Shown: positions 63,126-64,000 of the stretch, piece by piece
Layout of the letters: each line of letters opens with the position of its first letter
Position numbering within the stretch: the first letter of the stretch is position 1
Assembly (NCBI GenBank): GCA_032718475.1
Contig: JAUCBJ010008787.1
Location: forward strand, 34,030 to 98,029
Direction: 5' to 3'
DNA: 64,000 bases
Origin: Nemertoderma westbladi
Lineage: Eukaryota; Animalia; Xenacoelomorpha
Translations under genes and position numbers: made by a program
Notes under the pieces: generated by a model
The model's database searches: none
What the model saw: the letters and a program-made list of their open reading frames with translations, nothing else
Told to the model about the DNA's origin: nothing

Positions 63126-63643
63126 GAATTTTATTGCTGAGACAACTTTACGAATGAAATATTATCCTCGGCCACTAATGCAATAAATTAATATATAGTA
63201 ATAATTTTTGCAATTTACGTAATTTACGTTTTGTAATTTTCAACAAATTTAAATTAAATTTATAGTACTGTAATGTTTTTGTTTTGTAATAATTTATTGT
63301 AATAAATGCCAATTAATCTCAATTTACTTCTTAGTTCAACCTCTTACCTAGATATAACTACTAAAGTTAAATAAGAAACACAATTATGTGCTTATCAACC
63401 CCGCGGGATATATGTATTGGTTTTTTTTATTGGTATTATTGGTATTGTTTATACAAATATTTTTTGGTAATTTTTTATTGCCGGTATAAATATAATTGTT
63501 CATTTAATTTTGTGTGTAAACGCTACGCCGACAACCACTGCTAACAATGGGAAGTATGAAAATGTATCCTGAGTTCGCGACTCTTGTTTATTGTTTTGGT
63601 TAGAATAACCTTCCACTGTAACCCGATCCGATTAATTTGTTTT

Positions 63644-63790
63644 AACAATGGTTGTCGGCGTTGGTTGTCGGTTGTCGGCGTTTTTACACCCTTTAATTTT
63701 GCAGTTGTGTATTAACAATGGTTGTCGGCGTTGGTTGTCAATTGTCGGCGCTTTTACACCCTTTAATTTTGCAGTTGTGTATATTACAAC
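63644..63790. repeat. ~70-bp tandem duplication rich in GTTGTCGGCG
   Basis: AACAATGGTTGTCGGCGTTGGTTGTC...TTGCAGTTGTGTAT x2, with the inverted motif CGCCGACAACCA at ~63527. Confidence 0.7.
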
Positions 63791-64000
63791 AGGGCAATAT
63801 CCATTCATTTTAATTTTTTTGTTATAAAACAGTTTTAATTAATGCAAAGTAGCAAATGCCACGCTGTTATCCAACAACCACAGCTGAATTTGAAACTGAC
63901 ACCTGTGCTAATGACTCTCGTTTATTGTTTTGGTTAAAATGACCTTCCGCTGTAACCTGTTCATTTACACTCATTTATAATTACCATTAATTAGTGCTAA

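Overview
Repeat-rich animal (invertebrate-like) nuclear DNA with spliceosomal introns. Two host genes are supported: a 3-exon HIRA histone chaperone (+, 11836-16061) and a 2-exon ADAM10/17-like metalloprotease that appears to lack a prodomain (-, 44651-40966). The rest is nested mobile DNA: several decayed LINEs, hAT and Merlin non-autonomous elements with clean TSDs, Helentron-associated (HINE/DINE-1-like) elements, a Polinton-like TIR element with a C2H2-acidic ORF and outward-facing Pol III units, a tRNA-SINE, and a 10.3-kb 49-bp satellite with higher-order structure. The most unusual signals are (1) a very young 9.2-kb BEL/Pao-derived LTR element that has lost RT and integrase but carries a DnaQ/DEDDy 3'-5' exonuclease-like plus zinc-knuckle ORF in the env position, and (2) three different minimal type I hammerhead ribozyme families within 12 kb. 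Two of these are fused to tRNA-type Pol III promoters (one has the ribozyme between box A and box B, inside a HIRA intron), and two show Penelope-type insertion geometry. All calls come from reading the sequence by eye; no database searches were run.
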